A stretch of DNA of 64,000 nucleotides from an uncultured Erysipelotrichaceae bacterium (GTDB lineage: Bacteria; Bacillota_I; Bacilli_A; RF39; UBA660): contig CADANC010000003.1 in the NCBI GenBank assembly GCA_902789225.1, positions 58,731 to 122,730 on the forward strand. Reading direction: 5' to 3'. The notes under the pieces are model-generated. The model did not search any database. It was not told where the DNA came from and saw nothing but the letters and a program-made list of their open reading frames with translations. Positions 9,332 to 19,370 of the stretch are shown piece by piece; position 1 is the stretch's first letter, and every line of letters begins with the position of its first letter. The translations under genes and the position numbers were made by a program.

Positions 9332-11887
9332 CTATAACCATTCTTCATATTTTTTAATATAAATACCCTTAACAATTAAAGCAATTACTCCATACAGTAA
9401 AACAAATCCAACTAGAAATAAATAGTAAATTGGAGGAAGTAAAACAAAATTGAATCCACCTACAAAACTTAAAATCATAGGAACTACTATTGTCGCAACT
9501 ATAGTTAATACTGTTAAAACTAACAAAGTATTACTTGGTCTAGATTTAGTAATATCTTTTGTCCTAATATAAAATATCATTAAAGTCTCAGATATAATAC
9601 ACTCAATAAACCAAGCTGTTTGGAAATATGCTTGTAAATCAATTGAATTATATTTAAGAATAAACCAGAATACTAGGAACGCTACAACATCAGTAATAGA
9701 TGAGATAACACCAAATATTACCATAAATCGACTAATTGACTTGATATCCCATTTTCTAACTTTTTTAAGAAATGAATCATCAACATTATCATAAGGTATA
9801 CCTATTTGTGATAATTCTACAATAAAATCTTGAATAAGCATCTGAATTGGTAACAAAGGCAAGAAAGGTAAAAAGATACTTGCAATTAGAATACTAAATA
9901 CATCTCCAAAGTCCTGACTTAGTGCTAATTTCATATATTTAATGATATTTCCATATACAGTTCTTCCTTCAATTACTCCATTATGAATAACTTCCAAATT
10001 TTGTTCAAGCAAAATAATATCACTAGATTCTTTAGCAATATCTGTTCCACCATCAACACTAATTCCTACGTCACTACTTTTTAAAGCAGGTGCATCATTT
10101 ACACCATCACCTAAATAACCAACACAATGTCCATTATTTCTAAGAGTTTTTACAACTCTTTCTTTTTGTATAGGATTCATTCTAGTAAAAATATTTACTT
10201 CTTCAACAAGTTTTCCAAGTTCATAATCATTTAATTCATCTATTTCTTTGCCAGTAACTATTCTTCCTTCTAATCCAACATGATTACAAATATTTTTAGT
10301 AGTATAAGAATTATCTCCAGTAAGTATTTTAATATCTACCCCATATTCTTTTAACTTATTAATAGTAACTTCAGCAGAAGGCTTAGGCGGATCAAGAAAA
10401 GCAATTAATCCTATTAAAGTAAAATCTTTTTCATCTTCTGCATCATATACATCAATTCCCACATATTCAGGCTTAACAGCAAGAGCAATTACTTGCATCC
10501 CCATCATAGCCATCTCATCTGCTTTATCCTCTACTTGTTTAATTATTTCTTTATTTATTTTAACTTCTTTATCATTAACACGAGCCATATCACATACTTT
10601 AATAATCTCTTCTAAAGCCCCTTTAGCAATAACTCTATAATTATCTTTATGTTTAACAACAATAGATGATCTTTTTCTCATATAGTCAAAAGGAATTTCA
10701 TCTATCTTTTCATAATTTGAAATGTCAACATTATGACTTTTAGCATATTGAACAATTGCTTTATCTACAATATTTTTAGTACCACCACCAAGATAACTAT
10801 TTACAAAAGCACATTTTAAGACGTATTCATCATCTTCTCCATCTACATTAATATATTTCTGTAATTCAATATTATTTTTTGTTAAAGTACCCGTTTTATC
10901 AGTACATAAAATATCAATAGAACCTAAATTTTGAATAGATTTAATGCTTTTAACCAAAGTATTCTTTTTAGCTAGAGCTTTACTTCCTCTAGTTAAATTA
11001 ACATTTACTATCATAGGAAGCATACTAGGAGTAATACCAACCGCAACTGATAAAGCAAAAAGAATTGCTTGATTCATATTACCACGTATCAAACCATATA
11101 TAACAAATACTGTAACAGAAATAATTATCATACATCTAATAAGAAGCATAGTAATACGATTCATTCCCTTATCAAAAGTAGTTTCATCTTTAACAACTTC
11201 TTTATCCTTATTCATACTACCTAAAAAAGTATCAAGACCAGTTTTAATAACTATTCCTTTACCTTGACCACTGATGATATTACATCCCATCAAACAAATA
11301 TTATTAATATCCATTAAATCTTCATTTGAATTATCTATATGAATATTTTTCTCAATAGGATCACTTTCACCAGTAAAAGAAGATTGATTAATAAACAAGT
11401 CTTTACTTTCAAATAAATACAAATCAGCTGGAACAACACTACCTGCACTTAATGTAATAATATCTCCACAAACGACTTTTTCTTGTCTAACTTCCTTTTG
11501 TACATTTTCTCTAATTACGTCAGTAAATATTTTAATCTTTTCTTTTAATCTTTCATTAAATCTATAAGTAGAATAATCTTGAACAAATCTAATAATTACA
11601 CTAATTAATGTAATACCTATAATTATACAAGCACCAAGCCTATCATTAGTAATAAAATCTATAACTGCTAAAAGAATAAGTATCAAAACAAACTTATCTT
11701 TAAATGCTTCAATAATAAAATACAAAGGAGTTTTTTTCTTAATATTTGTCGCAATATTTTTACCATATTCTAGAAGTCTATTAGAAACTTCTTTTTCATT
11801 TAATCCTTCTCTATTAGTCTTAAATAAATCCATCACTTCTTCTGAATTCATACTAGCAATTTCTTTATAATCTAAATTATTATTCAT
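9332..11887 (-). CDS. cation-transporting P-type ATPase (Mg2+/Ca2+ subfamily)
   Basis: An N-terminal cation-ATPase-N segment is present. Motifs TGES, the phosphorylation site CTDKTGTLT and the hinge GDGVNDAPAL are all present. There are about 10 TM helices. At 851 aa, the protein fits MgtA- or PMCA-like pumps. Confidence 0.85.
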   Translation of the reverse strand: MNNNLDYKEIASMNSEEVMDLFKTNREGLNEKEVSNRLLEYGKNIATNIKKKTPLYFIIEAFKDKFVLILILLAVIDFITNDRLGACIIIGITLISVIIRFVQDYSTYRFNERLKEKIKIFTDVIRENVQKEVRQEKVVCGDIITLSAGSVVPADLYLFESKDLFINQSSFTGESDPIEKNIHIDNSNEDLMDINNICLMGCNIISGQGKGIVIKTGLDTFLGSMNKDKEVVKDETTFDKGMNRITMLLIRCMIIISVTVFVIYGLIRGNMNQAILFALSVAVGITPSMLPMIVNVNLTRGSKALAKKNTLVKSIKSIQNLGSIDILCTDKTGTLTKNNIELQKYINVDGEDDEYVLKCAFVNSYLGGGTKNIVDKAIVQYAKSHNVDISNYEKIDEIPFDYMRKRSSIVVKHKDNYRVIAKGALEEIIKVCDMARVNDKEVKINKEIIKQVEDKADEMAMMGMQVIALAVKPEYVGIDVYDAEDEKDFTLIGLIAFLDPPKPSAEVTINKLKEYGVDIKILTGDNSYTTKNICNHVGLEGRIVTGKEIDELNDYELGKLVEEVNIFTRMNPIQKERVVKTLRNNGHCVGYLGDGVNDAPALKSSDVGISVDGGTDIAKESSDIILLEQNLEVIHNGVIEGRTVYGNIIKYMKLALSQDFGDVFSILIASIFLPFLPLLPIQMLIQDFIVELSQIGIPYDNVDDSFLKKVRKWDIKSISRFMVIFGVISSITDVVAFLVFWFILKYNSIDLQAYFQTAWFIECIISETLMIFYIRTKDITKSRPSNTLLVLTVLTIVATIVVPMILSFVGGFNFVLLPPIYYLFLVGFVLLYGVIALIVKGIYIKKYEEWL

Positions 11888-12080
11888 AGTATCACACCCT
11901 ATAAAACAATATTATATTAAAAAGAAAACTTTGTATATAAATATGTAAATAAAAAAAGGAATATTATTCCTTTTTTACGAATAGTAATATTCTAAAGATA
12001 AAGAAAAAAGCCTATAGAATCTATAACCAAAAAAACAAGTCCAGTTAAAGTTTCCATGTATTTAATACAGTAAAATAGTA

Positions 12081-12899
12081 TCAAAATTTATAAGTATCTT
12101 TTTCTGCCACTTCTTTTCCATTTCTATCATAATATCTAGTATTAGAATAATCTCCAAAAGATAATTTATCAGAATTTCCTACTTTATTACCAAATGTATC
12201 ATATATATTAACTTCTTCATGCCAATCACCAGTTTTAATAATTTCTTTTTTACCTATATAAGTTCCAAATTCATTATATAAATCTTTAGTTTTAACTGTT
12301 ATCTTAAAATCTTTTTCATAGCTATCATCCTTTTTATTTTGACTTTGAACATTATTACTTTTATTTGTATTATAACTTATATCATAAGAACCAGACGAAT
12401 ATGAAGAAGAATAACCATAATTACTATATTTATCTTTATTAGGATTTAATTTATCTGCTACAGCTCCATAGAATAATTTTGCAATACCCAATGGAATTGA
12501 GTGTACAAATCCAACAACAGCAAGTATTATTAGTGATGATAAAATTAAACTAAATATACCTTCTTTTCTTAAAGCAATAATGCAAAGTACTACCCAACTA
12601 ATCACTAAACTAGTAATAATTATTGGTATCATTTCATCTACATAATCATATTCAAAAACTTCTATCCTAAATATTTTAAATAAAAGTCTAATTATTAAAG
12701 GAATTAAAAGCATACAAAAACAGATTATCAATAAATATAACAATCCTTTAAATATACCTTTATCATAAGAAAACAAATATATGCATAACATCTCTATAGG
12801 ACCAAATAAAATAGAATAAACCATCCAAATTATATTGAAAAATTTATTATCTCTTTTTTTCTTTTTATTATTATCATTTTTCATATTAAACTCTCCCAT
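12081..12899 (-). CDS. membrane protein (4 TM) with a C-terminal extracytoplasmic domain carrying YD-like short repeats
   Basis: Four hydrophobic helices are followed by a Ser/Tyr-rich linker. The C-terminus carries two short YD-like motifs (YDTFGNKVGNSDK and YYDRNGKEVAEKD). Confidence 0.4.
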   Translation of the reverse strand: MGEFNMKNDNNKKKKRDNKFFNIIWMVYSILFGPIEMLCIYLFSYDKGIFKGLLYLLIICFCMLLIPLIIRLLFKIFRIEVFEYDYVDEMIPIIITSLVISWVVLCIIALRKEGIFSLILSSLIILAVVGFVHSIPLGIAKLFYGAVADKLNPNKDKYSNYGYSSSYSSGSYDISYNTNKSNNVQSQNKKDDSYEKDFKITVKTKDLYNEFGTYIGKKEIIKTGDWHEEVNIYDTFGNKVGNSDKLSFGDYSNTRYYDRNGKEVAEKDTYKF

Positions 12900-12961
12900 T
12901 TAGAATAATAATCAAAATTAATATACCATAAATTAATTAGATTATCTATATCATAAAAAAA

Positions 12962-12987
12962 TAAAAAAACTCTAACAAAAGTTAGAG
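12962..12987 (-). terminator. rho-independent terminator downstream of tRNA-Met
   Basis: The stem is ctctaac / gttagag with an aaaa loop. A T-run follows on the minus strand. Confidence 0.45.
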
Positions 12988-12998
12988 TTAAATACAAA

Positions 12999-13075
12999 TG
13001 GTAGCGCCGGAGAGATTCGAACTCACGACCTATCGGGTATGAACCGATTGCTCTAGCCAACTGAGCTACAGCGCC
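12999..13075 (-). tRNA. tRNA-Met (anticodon CAT; elongator-like, although tRNA-Ile2 lysidine cannot be excluded)
   Basis: The reverse complement is GGCGCTGTAGCTCAGTTGGCTAGAGCAATCGGTTCATACCCGATAGGTCGTGAGTTCGAATCTCTCCGGCGCTACCA. It folds as a cloverleaf with anticodon loop TTCATAC, T-loop TTCGAAT and an encoded CCA. Like Bacillus tRNA-Met, it has G1.U72 and U6.G67 wobble pairs. Confidence 0.85.
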
Positions 13076-13170
13076 ATTTGTTAACAAATAAATAATATCA
13101 AAAATAATATTAAATTGCAACCAAAAAATTACATTTTTATTTATTTTATAACATAAAAAGAAAAATAAGA

Positions 13171-13587
13171 TTAAAAATCTTGTTCTTCTTTATAATAATA
13201 AGTAACTGTTCCATTACAAACTAATCTATCTTGATCATCAAAAACATTACCTTCAACTACAGCTATATTTATCCCAGACTTAATAGTTTTTCCAATAACT
13301 TTTACTTTAGTTCCAGTAACAGCTTTTAAATAATTAATACTTGAATTAACTGTAAGACATCCTCTACCTTCAGATGCAGCACAATAACCACAACAAGTAT
13401 CTAATAGTCCAAATAAGAAACCACCATGACAAATATTATAAGGATTCATGCTAGTTTCAGTAATTAAAGCTTCCATTTCACAATAGCCTTCATCAATATC
13501 AATTAATTTAAAATTATTGTTTTTTATAAAGCCACCAATACTATCAAAATATTTAAAAGCTATATCTCTTCTTTCTTCTTTTGTCAT
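13171..13587 (-). CDS. hotdog-fold acyl-CoA thioesterase (PaaI/YbgC-like)
   Basis: A 138-aa protein. ICHGGFLFGLLDTCCGYCA is the typical PaaI active-site helix region. Confidence 0.7.
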   Translation of the reverse strand: MTKEERRDIAFKYFDSIGGFIKNNNFKLIDIDEGYCEMEALITETSMNPYNICHGGFLFGLLDTCCGYCAASEGRGCLTVNSSINYLKAVTGTKVKVIGKTIKSGINIAVVEGNVFDDQDRLVCNGTVTYYYKEEQDF

Positions 13588-13646
13588 TTTGACCTCCTAT
13601 TACTCAACTAATTAAGTATAACATATAAATAACAAAAATAAAAAAA

Positions 13647-14261
13647 CTAAGAATTATTCTTAGTCTTTTCTTTAGGTTTCTTCTCTTTTGAATAACCTAA
13701 ATACTTAATTATCTCAACTGTTAGACTTCTATTAGCCTCATCTTTTAATGGAATAGAATCAACTAGAGTATTTTCTTTTTCACATAAAGTATCATGTAAT
13801 ACACTTAATTGTTCTCTATTTGATTCTAAAAATCTATATTCAGTATCTTGAATATATGCAAAGTATGAATTAAATGGTTCTCCACCTTCAACATAATATC
13901 CATCTTCATTTCTATAGATTCTAAAAGTATCAAAAGATCTAAATTCATGATCATGCATATTTTGAAAATTATCTTCTAACATAAATCCATCTCTATCAGT
14001 TCTCCACCAACCAGTCCTATCATAAATATCATCACTTATACTATCAATTGTATGATCTAAAGAATCTAACTTAGTCTTAGTATCTTTAGTAACCATTCTT
14101 TTTAATAAAGTATAAGCTTTTTCTTCATTAGCACTATCGATATAAATATCTTTAGGAATTCTAAAAATATTACTATTAGCTCTTCTTTCAATACTAGCTG
14201 CTAAAATTCTATTAAATGGATTATAAGTTTTTCTTAATTCTTCAACAATTCTACTTTCCAT
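13647..14261 (-). CDS. hypothetical cytoplasmic protein
   Basis: A 204-aa intact ORF, aromatic- and charged-rich, with a KE-rich tail. I recognise no motif in it. Confidence 0.4.
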   Translation of the reverse strand: MESRIVEELRKTYNPFNRILAASIERRANSNIFRIPKDIYIDSANEEKAYTLLKRMVTKDTKTKLDSLDHTIDSISDDIYDRTGWWRTDRDGFMLEDNFQNMHDHEFRSFDTFRIYRNEDGYYVEGGEPFNSYFAYIQDTEYRFLESNREQLSVLHDTLCEKENTLVDSIPLKDEANRSLTVEIIKYLGYSKEKKPKEKTKNNS

Positions 14262-14329
14262 AATATTCCCCCTAAATTAGGCATATTATATCATAATAAC
14301 CATATAAAAGAAAGTATAATAATATACTT

Positions 14330-14875
14330 TCAATTTTTACTTACAACATTCTTAAAATCTTTATTCATTAATAGTTTGTTTCTCTCTGATATAAAATCTT
14401 TAATTTGATTAGATACATTACTACAATATTCTGATGTAACACTATCATCAATATTAGCGTTTCTATTACCACAACTTAATTCAGAACTACTATAATCAAA
14501 ATCACCATAAATATTTAATTGAAGATCATTATATGAAGAATTACAAGAATATTTAAGTTTATTAGAAGACAATTCTTCAGTAATATCACATAAATAATAT
14601 AATGAATCAAACTTTAAATTAATAGATTTCAGTGTATTAGTATTAATAATATATTGATATTCTACATATTCTTCATTTACATTATTCTTCATATTATTAT
14701 AAAAATCTTCTTGTGTATTATTAGTAACTTTCTTCCTATAAACATCACCATCAAGTACATAATTATTATCAATTAAGGTATCAGATACAATAGCAACATT
14801 AGATTTACCAAATAATAAAGTAAACAATATAAATAACGCAAATATTATTATAACTATTATTATTAATTTCTTCAT
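14330..14875 (-). CDS. small membrane-anchored Cys-rich extracytoplasmic protein
   Basis: The N-terminal TM segment is KKLIIIVIIIFALFILFTLLF. The exported domain of about 150 aa has eight Cys residues. Confidence 0.4.
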   Translation of the reverse strand: MKKLIIIVIIIFALFILFTLLFGKSNVAIVSDTLIDNNYVLDGDVYRKKVTNNTQEDFYNNMKNNVNEEYVEYQYIINTNTLKSINLKFDSLYYLCDITEELSSNKLKYSCNSSYNDLQLNIYGDFDYSSSELSCGNRNANIDDSVTSEYCSNVSNQIKDFISERNKLLMNKDFKNVVSKN

Positions 14876-14879
14876 ATTA

Positions 14880-15887
14880 TCACCTTTTTATATATTTAGA
14901 TGCATCAATTGCAGGATTAGGAGTACCAACAAATCTATATACTTTGAATCCCCCTTTAATATATCCATTAGAATATTGATCTATTCCAGGAAAAGAATAA
15001 GAGTTATATCCTGCTTCATAAACATTACCAGTTGTATTAGTACTATATCTTTTAGCAACCTCATTACTAACCCAAATCATAGTATGTCCAGAATGACCAA
15101 GAACATCACCAGGTTTAAGTTCAGAAGCACTTAAGTTATCAGAAATACCAATATATTTCCAATTAGGACTTTGTTCCATATAATCTAGTGCATCATCAGG
15201 ACTAATCATCCAAAATTCTTTATCTACAGTAGCTCTAATAATTGCTGCAGCTCCTTGAGTACATGAACAATATGCAGGATTATCATGACCATTTCCAGTA
15301 TGAGCAACAGCATCCATTATATCTTGATAATCTTGTACACGAGGATCACTAATTCTTACCCAATGATCAGCAGGATTACCAGTATTATTTGTAATTCTAC
15401 CTTCAGGAGCAAAAGTACCTGCAACACTACAAGCTAATTCAGCAATAGAAGATGCACCTTCTCCTAACCCAGGTTTATTAGGATTTATTCCAGAACTACC
15501 CTTTTCATATTCATCAGGTTCAATATATACTTTAGTAGGCGTTTTACCTTCACTTTCTTTTTCTATATATCTACTACTACCAGTAGAAGAATAAGCATTA
15601 TTCCAACATTGACTAAAAGAATATTTTTGTCCAAATAAAGACATAGTCAAGTTAACTAACAATGGTAATAAAAAAATAATTACACATGAAAGTATTGCAT
15701 TAGTAAATCTTTTCTTTAATTTATCGTTACTAGGATCAGCTAATAACTTAGTTAAAATAATACCTAATGACACAATTAAAACAATAGGAGCAGCAACTTC
15801 TAATACAGTAAATAACGTTTTAAAAATTCTTAGTATAAAACCTAATCCAGGATTACTGCAAGCATTAATATCTAAAATCATATTCAT
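14880..15887 (-). CDS. membrane-anchored CHAP-like cysteine amidase/peptidase
   Basis: Two N-terminal hydrophobic helices are followed by a Gly/Ser/Pro linker. The C-terminal domain has a Cys motif (NPAYCSCTQGAAAIIRA) and a His motif (KPGDVLGHSGHTMIWV). Both resemble the CHAP/NlpC-P60 catalytic pair. Confidence 0.5.
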   Translation of the reverse strand: MNMILDINACSNPGLGFILRIFKTLFTVLEVAAPIVLIVSLGIILTKLLADPSNDKLKKRFTNAILSCVIIFLLPLLVNLTMSLFGQKYSFSQCWNNAYSSTGSSRYIEKESEGKTPTKVYIEPDEYEKGSSGINPNKPGLGEGASSIAELACSVAGTFAPEGRITNNTGNPADHWVRISDPRVQDYQDIMDAVAHTGNGHDNPAYCSCTQGAAAIIRATVDKEFWMISPDDALDYMEQSPNWKYIGISDNLSASELKPGDVLGHSGHTMIWVSNEVAKRYSTNTTGNVYEAGYNSYSFPGIDQYSNGYIKGGFKVYRFVGTPNPAIDASKYIKR

Positions 15888-15986
15888 CTACCATTCCTAT
15901 CATTTTAATTTTATCAAAAATAATATGACTAATAAATATTAAACAATTATATTTACAAAAAAAGATTAAGAATCCTTAATCTTTTA

Positions 15987-16982
15987 CTATTGATATTTAT
16001 CAAGAGTTTGCATAAATTCATAAATATATGGACTTACAACTTCATATCCAGCTCTATTTAAATGTAAGTAGTCTGGTAAATAAGTTCTCTCTTCTACTCT
16101 TAAAATATTATTAAAATCATCACTTGCTAGATTAATATATTTTATATTCCATTTATTTAATATTTCTATAGTCTTATCATAATAAACTTTATAATCATTA
16201 TAAGACCACTTCTTACCTCTCTCAGTATAATTTGGTGTGTAGTAAGTAATAATATAACCTATACGAGAATTTGGCCACTTAGTAGTAACATAAAATAAAT
16301 AACTTTCCAATCCACCACAAAATGTTCTAGGATCAAAAGAATTAATATCTTTACTATCAGAAATATTACCTATAGGAGTATTATATAAAACATCGTTTAC
16401 CCCACCCTGAAGAATTACAAAATCATAATTCTCAGAATCATCATAATGACTCTTAACTTCACTAACTAACCATTTATTAGGATTATCATATGTAGAAACT
16501 CTATAATCAGAAATACCTGCATTTATAGATGTTTTTAAATCATAATTATCTCCTATATAATTAGCCCAAGAATATCCATTAGATAAGAATCCATATACAA
16601 TAGAATCCCCAAAAAATATTGCACTTTTTTGTAGTGTTTTACTCATATTAACTTTATATGTAGCTTTAGCCTCTAATTTATTATTACCTACAGCAGTACA
16701 AGTAATAATATTTTCTCCTACTTCTAATCTATCTTTATCACAAGTTGTTTTTCCTCCACTTTTTCCAAATTTAACTTCAACATTTTTTAAAGGATCAAAC
16801 TCTGTATCACCATCTATTATTATTTGTTCTTCAATTACAGTAATTGTAGGAACAGTTTTATCTAAAGATTCTTTCTTTTCTTCTTTCTTATGGTTATAAA
16901 TAAAAATAAACAATCCAATTAAAAGAAAAACAACTATTAATAAAAATATAATTATAATTAATTTCTTTTTTGATTTCATCAA
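15987..16982 (-). CDS. membrane-anchored Ig-like + SGNH/GDSL hydrolase (probable glycopolymer O-acetyl esterase/transferase)
   Basis: An N-terminal TM segment is followed by a bacterial Ig-like domain (IIDGDTEFDPL...). SGNH block I is AIFFGDSIVYG, block III is GGVNDV and block V is DYLHLN. Confidence 0.65.
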   Translation of the reverse strand: MMKSKKKLIIIIFLLIVVFLLIGLFIFIYNHKKEEKKESLDKTVPTITVIEEQIIIDGDTEFDPLKNVEVKFGKSGGKTTCDKDRLEVGENIITCTAVGNNKLEAKATYKVNMSKTLQKSAIFFGDSIVYGFLSNGYSWANYIGDNYDLKTSINAGISDYRVSTYDNPNKWLVSEVKSHYDDSENYDFVILQGGVNDVLYNTPIGNISDSKDINSFDPRTFCGGLESYLFYVTTKWPNSRIGYIITYYTPNYTERGKKWSYNDYKVYYDKTIEILNKWNIKYINLASDDFNNILRVEERTYLPDYLHLNRAGYEVVSPYIYEFMQTLDKYQ

Positions 16983-16983
16983 A

Positions 16984-18048
16984 TCACTCCATTTTAACTA
17001 TAGACATATCCATATACAAATTATACATATTATATAATATTAAAGTTTCTTCTATATTATTATTTTCTATATAATTTGAAACATTATTATTAAAATAACG
17101 CATATCAATTACATAAATATATTCATAATGATTAGTCAAAAACGGTATAAATGAATTTGCATAACTATTTTTTACTACTAATATTTTTTTATTATTAGTA
17201 AGATTTTTATTATGAATAATTATTTCACTATGATTATTATCTAAAAAATAAGCGTATTTATCTTTTTCAGATAAATATTTTTCATTATATAAAGTATTAG
17301 TTATTATATTTTTATCTACGTAATTTACTTCTAAATCATTATTAGTATTAAATGTATATATATCATCTAAAACATTTACTCCAAGTACTTTTGAAGAAGT
17401 AGTACCCATAAATTCAGAACTTACTTTTTCTATATTAAAGTCTTCCTTATTTAAATATTCTTCATTTTTTGTTTTCATAAATTCTACATAAGCATAATAT
17501 GCTCCAAAAGTAGTCCAATGATGATCAGTTCTATAATACATTTGCTCTTCTTTATTTTTTTCTATTAATACATCTCTTAAATCAATATTTGTAGAATATT
17601 TTAAATTCTTATATAAATTATCTAATTCATTATCTTCTTCTATATCTAAATGATAATACATCTTATCTTCATTTACTAAGATTGAATCAGGTACAAACAT
17701 TACATATACATTCTTATCTTTAGAAAAATCATTTATAGTTTCATATATATAATGAGATTTAGGATTATTGATAAATTTAGGAATTAAATAATTATCTTTA
17801 GCAATATAAGTATCATTTATATAAGTTTTACCTGATAATAAATCAACTTTAGTTTTAATACTTAATAGTTTATTTCTAGAAGGAAAATGATCACTCAAAT
17901 AATCATCAATATTTGAAATAGTAAATTTCTTCAAATATCTGTTTTCTAAATAAGAATAATTTTCTTTTTTAGAAAAAATAAATATAAAATCAAATAAAAC
18001 TATCATTAGTATTATAAATATAAAAATTATCTTATTAGTTCTCTTCAT
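16984..18048 (-). CDS. AlgJ/AlgX/PatB-like DHHW-family protein (O-acyltransferase partner of MBOAT)
   Basis: An N-terminal TM segment is followed by the YYRTDHHWTTFGAYYAY signature of the DHHW (AlgJ-type) family. The gene lies directly downstream of the MBOAT gene. Confidence 0.6.
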   Translation of the reverse strand: MKRTNKIIFIFIILMIVLFDFIFIFSKKENYSYLENRYLKKFTISNIDDYLSDHFPSRNKLLSIKTKVDLLSGKTYINDTYIAKDNYLIPKFINNPKSHYIYETINDFSKDKNVYVMFVPDSILVNEDKMYYHLDIEEDNELDNLYKNLKYSTNIDLRDVLIEKNKEEQMYYRTDHHWTTFGAYYAYVEFMKTKNEEYLNKEDFNIEKVSSEFMGTTSSKVLGVNVLDDIYTFNTNNDLEVNYVDKNIITNTLYNEKYLSEKDKYAYFLDNNHSEIIIHNKNLTNNKKILVVKNSYANSFIPFLTNHYEYIYVIDMRYFNNNVSNYIENNNIEETLILYNMYNLYMDMSIVKME

Positions 18049-18056
18049 AGTATCAC

Positions 18057-19370
18057 CTAAAAATTATTATATAAGAATGGATGAAATGATCCACTAACAA
18101 TAAATGAAATAGTAATTATAAATAAAATTAAATATACTACAGGCAATATTACATTAATAATAGCATTATTATTAATTTTATCATGTAACTTATCTGGCAT
18201 TTTAAAACATAAAATGATACCTATAATTATTAATAAAATATTTTCTTTCATATAAAATATAGTAGTTGTATCTATAATATTTTTACTAAAAATAGTTTTA
18301 ATAAAAGGTATTATATCTACTCCAATGAAGAAAATATATCCAAATAAAACAATTAATACTACATAAATATGTCTAACAAATCCAGGTAATTTATCTAATA
18401 TATTCTTAAATACATGTTTTTCTAAAACAATTATTATTCCATAGTACATTCCCCATAATAAGAAATTAACTGTATTACCATGCCACATTCCTGTTAAGAA
18501 CCATACTATTAATAGATTTATAATATTTCTAAATATACCTACTCTATTTCCTCCTAAAGGAATATAAACATATTCTTTAAAGAAATTACCTAAAGTAATA
18601 TGCCATCTTCTCCAAAATTCAGATATACTCTTAGATAAATAAGGATAATCAAAATTCTCTTTATAATTAATTCCTATCATTTTACCTAATCCAATAGCCA
18701 TATCACAATAACTAGAAAAATCTATATATAATTCTAAAGCAAATACAAGTAGAATAAATATATTTAAAATACTAGTTGGATTCTCAAGAGTAAGTAAAGT
18801 ATTAAATAATATTCCCAAATTATCAGATATTAATACCTTTTTTATTAATCCATTTAAAAATCTTCTAAATCCATCATAAAAATCATCTTTCGTAGGATTT
18901 AAATTAGCTAAATCATTTTTAAATGAACTATATCTAGTAATAGGTCCCATAGTAACATGAGTAAACATCATTATATAAGTAAAATAATATAAGATGTTCT
19001 TCTCAGCCTTAATTTTATTTCTTTTAACATCAATTATATAAGATAAACTATTAAAGATGTAGAAACTAATTCCTAAAGGAAAAATCAAAGAATGATTATA
19101 CTTAAATACTAATAATGTAGAAACATTTAATAGTATTAAAACATAATATAAAAAGTTTAATTTCTTAAATTTAGATATCAAAAGAATTACTAAATAATTA
19201 ATTAAGCCAATAGAAATAAGAATTATAAAATTATATAAACCACTATATAAGTAAAATAATATACTAAATACTAATAATACTAAGTATCTACACTTTTTAG
19301 GTATAAATCTATATATTAATAAAAAAACAGGTAAAAAGAAAAATATAAAAATTAAACTTGAAAAGTTCAT
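18057..19370 (-). CDS. MBOAT-family membrane-bound O-acyltransferase (AlgI/DltB/PatA-like)
   Basis: A polytopic 437-aa protein with the conserved MBOAT His region WRRWHITLGNFFKEYVYIPLGGNR. Its start overlaps the upstream lipoprotein gene by 1 nt. Confidence 0.8.
   Translation of the reverse strand: MNFSSLIFIFFFLPVFLLIYRFIPKKCRYLVLLVFSILFYLYSGLYNFIILISIGLINYLVILLISKFKKLNFLYYVLILLNVSTLLVFKYNHSLIFPLGISFYIFNSLSYIIDVKRNKIKAEKNILYYFTYIMMFTHVTMGPITRYSSFKNDLANLNPTKDDFYDGFRRFLNGLIKKVLISDNLGILFNTLLTLENPTSILNIFILLVFALELYIDFSSYCDMAIGLGKMIGINYKENFDYPYLSKSISEFWRRWHITLGNFFKEYVYIPLGGNRVGIFRNIINLLIVWFLTGMWHGNTVNFLLWGMYYGIIIVLEKHVFKNILDKLPGFVRHIYVVLIVLFGYIFFIGVDIIPFIKTIFSKNIIDTTTIFYMKENILLIIIGIILCFKMPDKLHDKINNNAIINVILPVVYLILFIITISFIVSGSFHPFLYNNF

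Noticed and set aside
11888-12080. Possible Mg2+ (M-box) riboswitch upstream of the P-type ATPase
   Set aside because: I read the minus-strand leader and found none of the conserved M-box segments. It holds only an AT-rich promoter region and a terminator hairpin (aggaata-t-tattcct) belonging to the upstream gene.
12881-13120. 79-aa ORF overlapping the tRNA-Met gene
   Set aside because: It reads straight through a tRNA cloverleaf on the same strand and is an ORF-caller artefact.
16984-19370. Annotating the MBOAT and AlgJ-like pair as DltB/DltD
   Set aside because: There is no DltA (adenylation enzyme) or DltC (carrier protein) in the operon. The partner protein carries the DHHW AlgJ signature rather than DltD features, so O-acetylation of a glycopolymer is the better reading.
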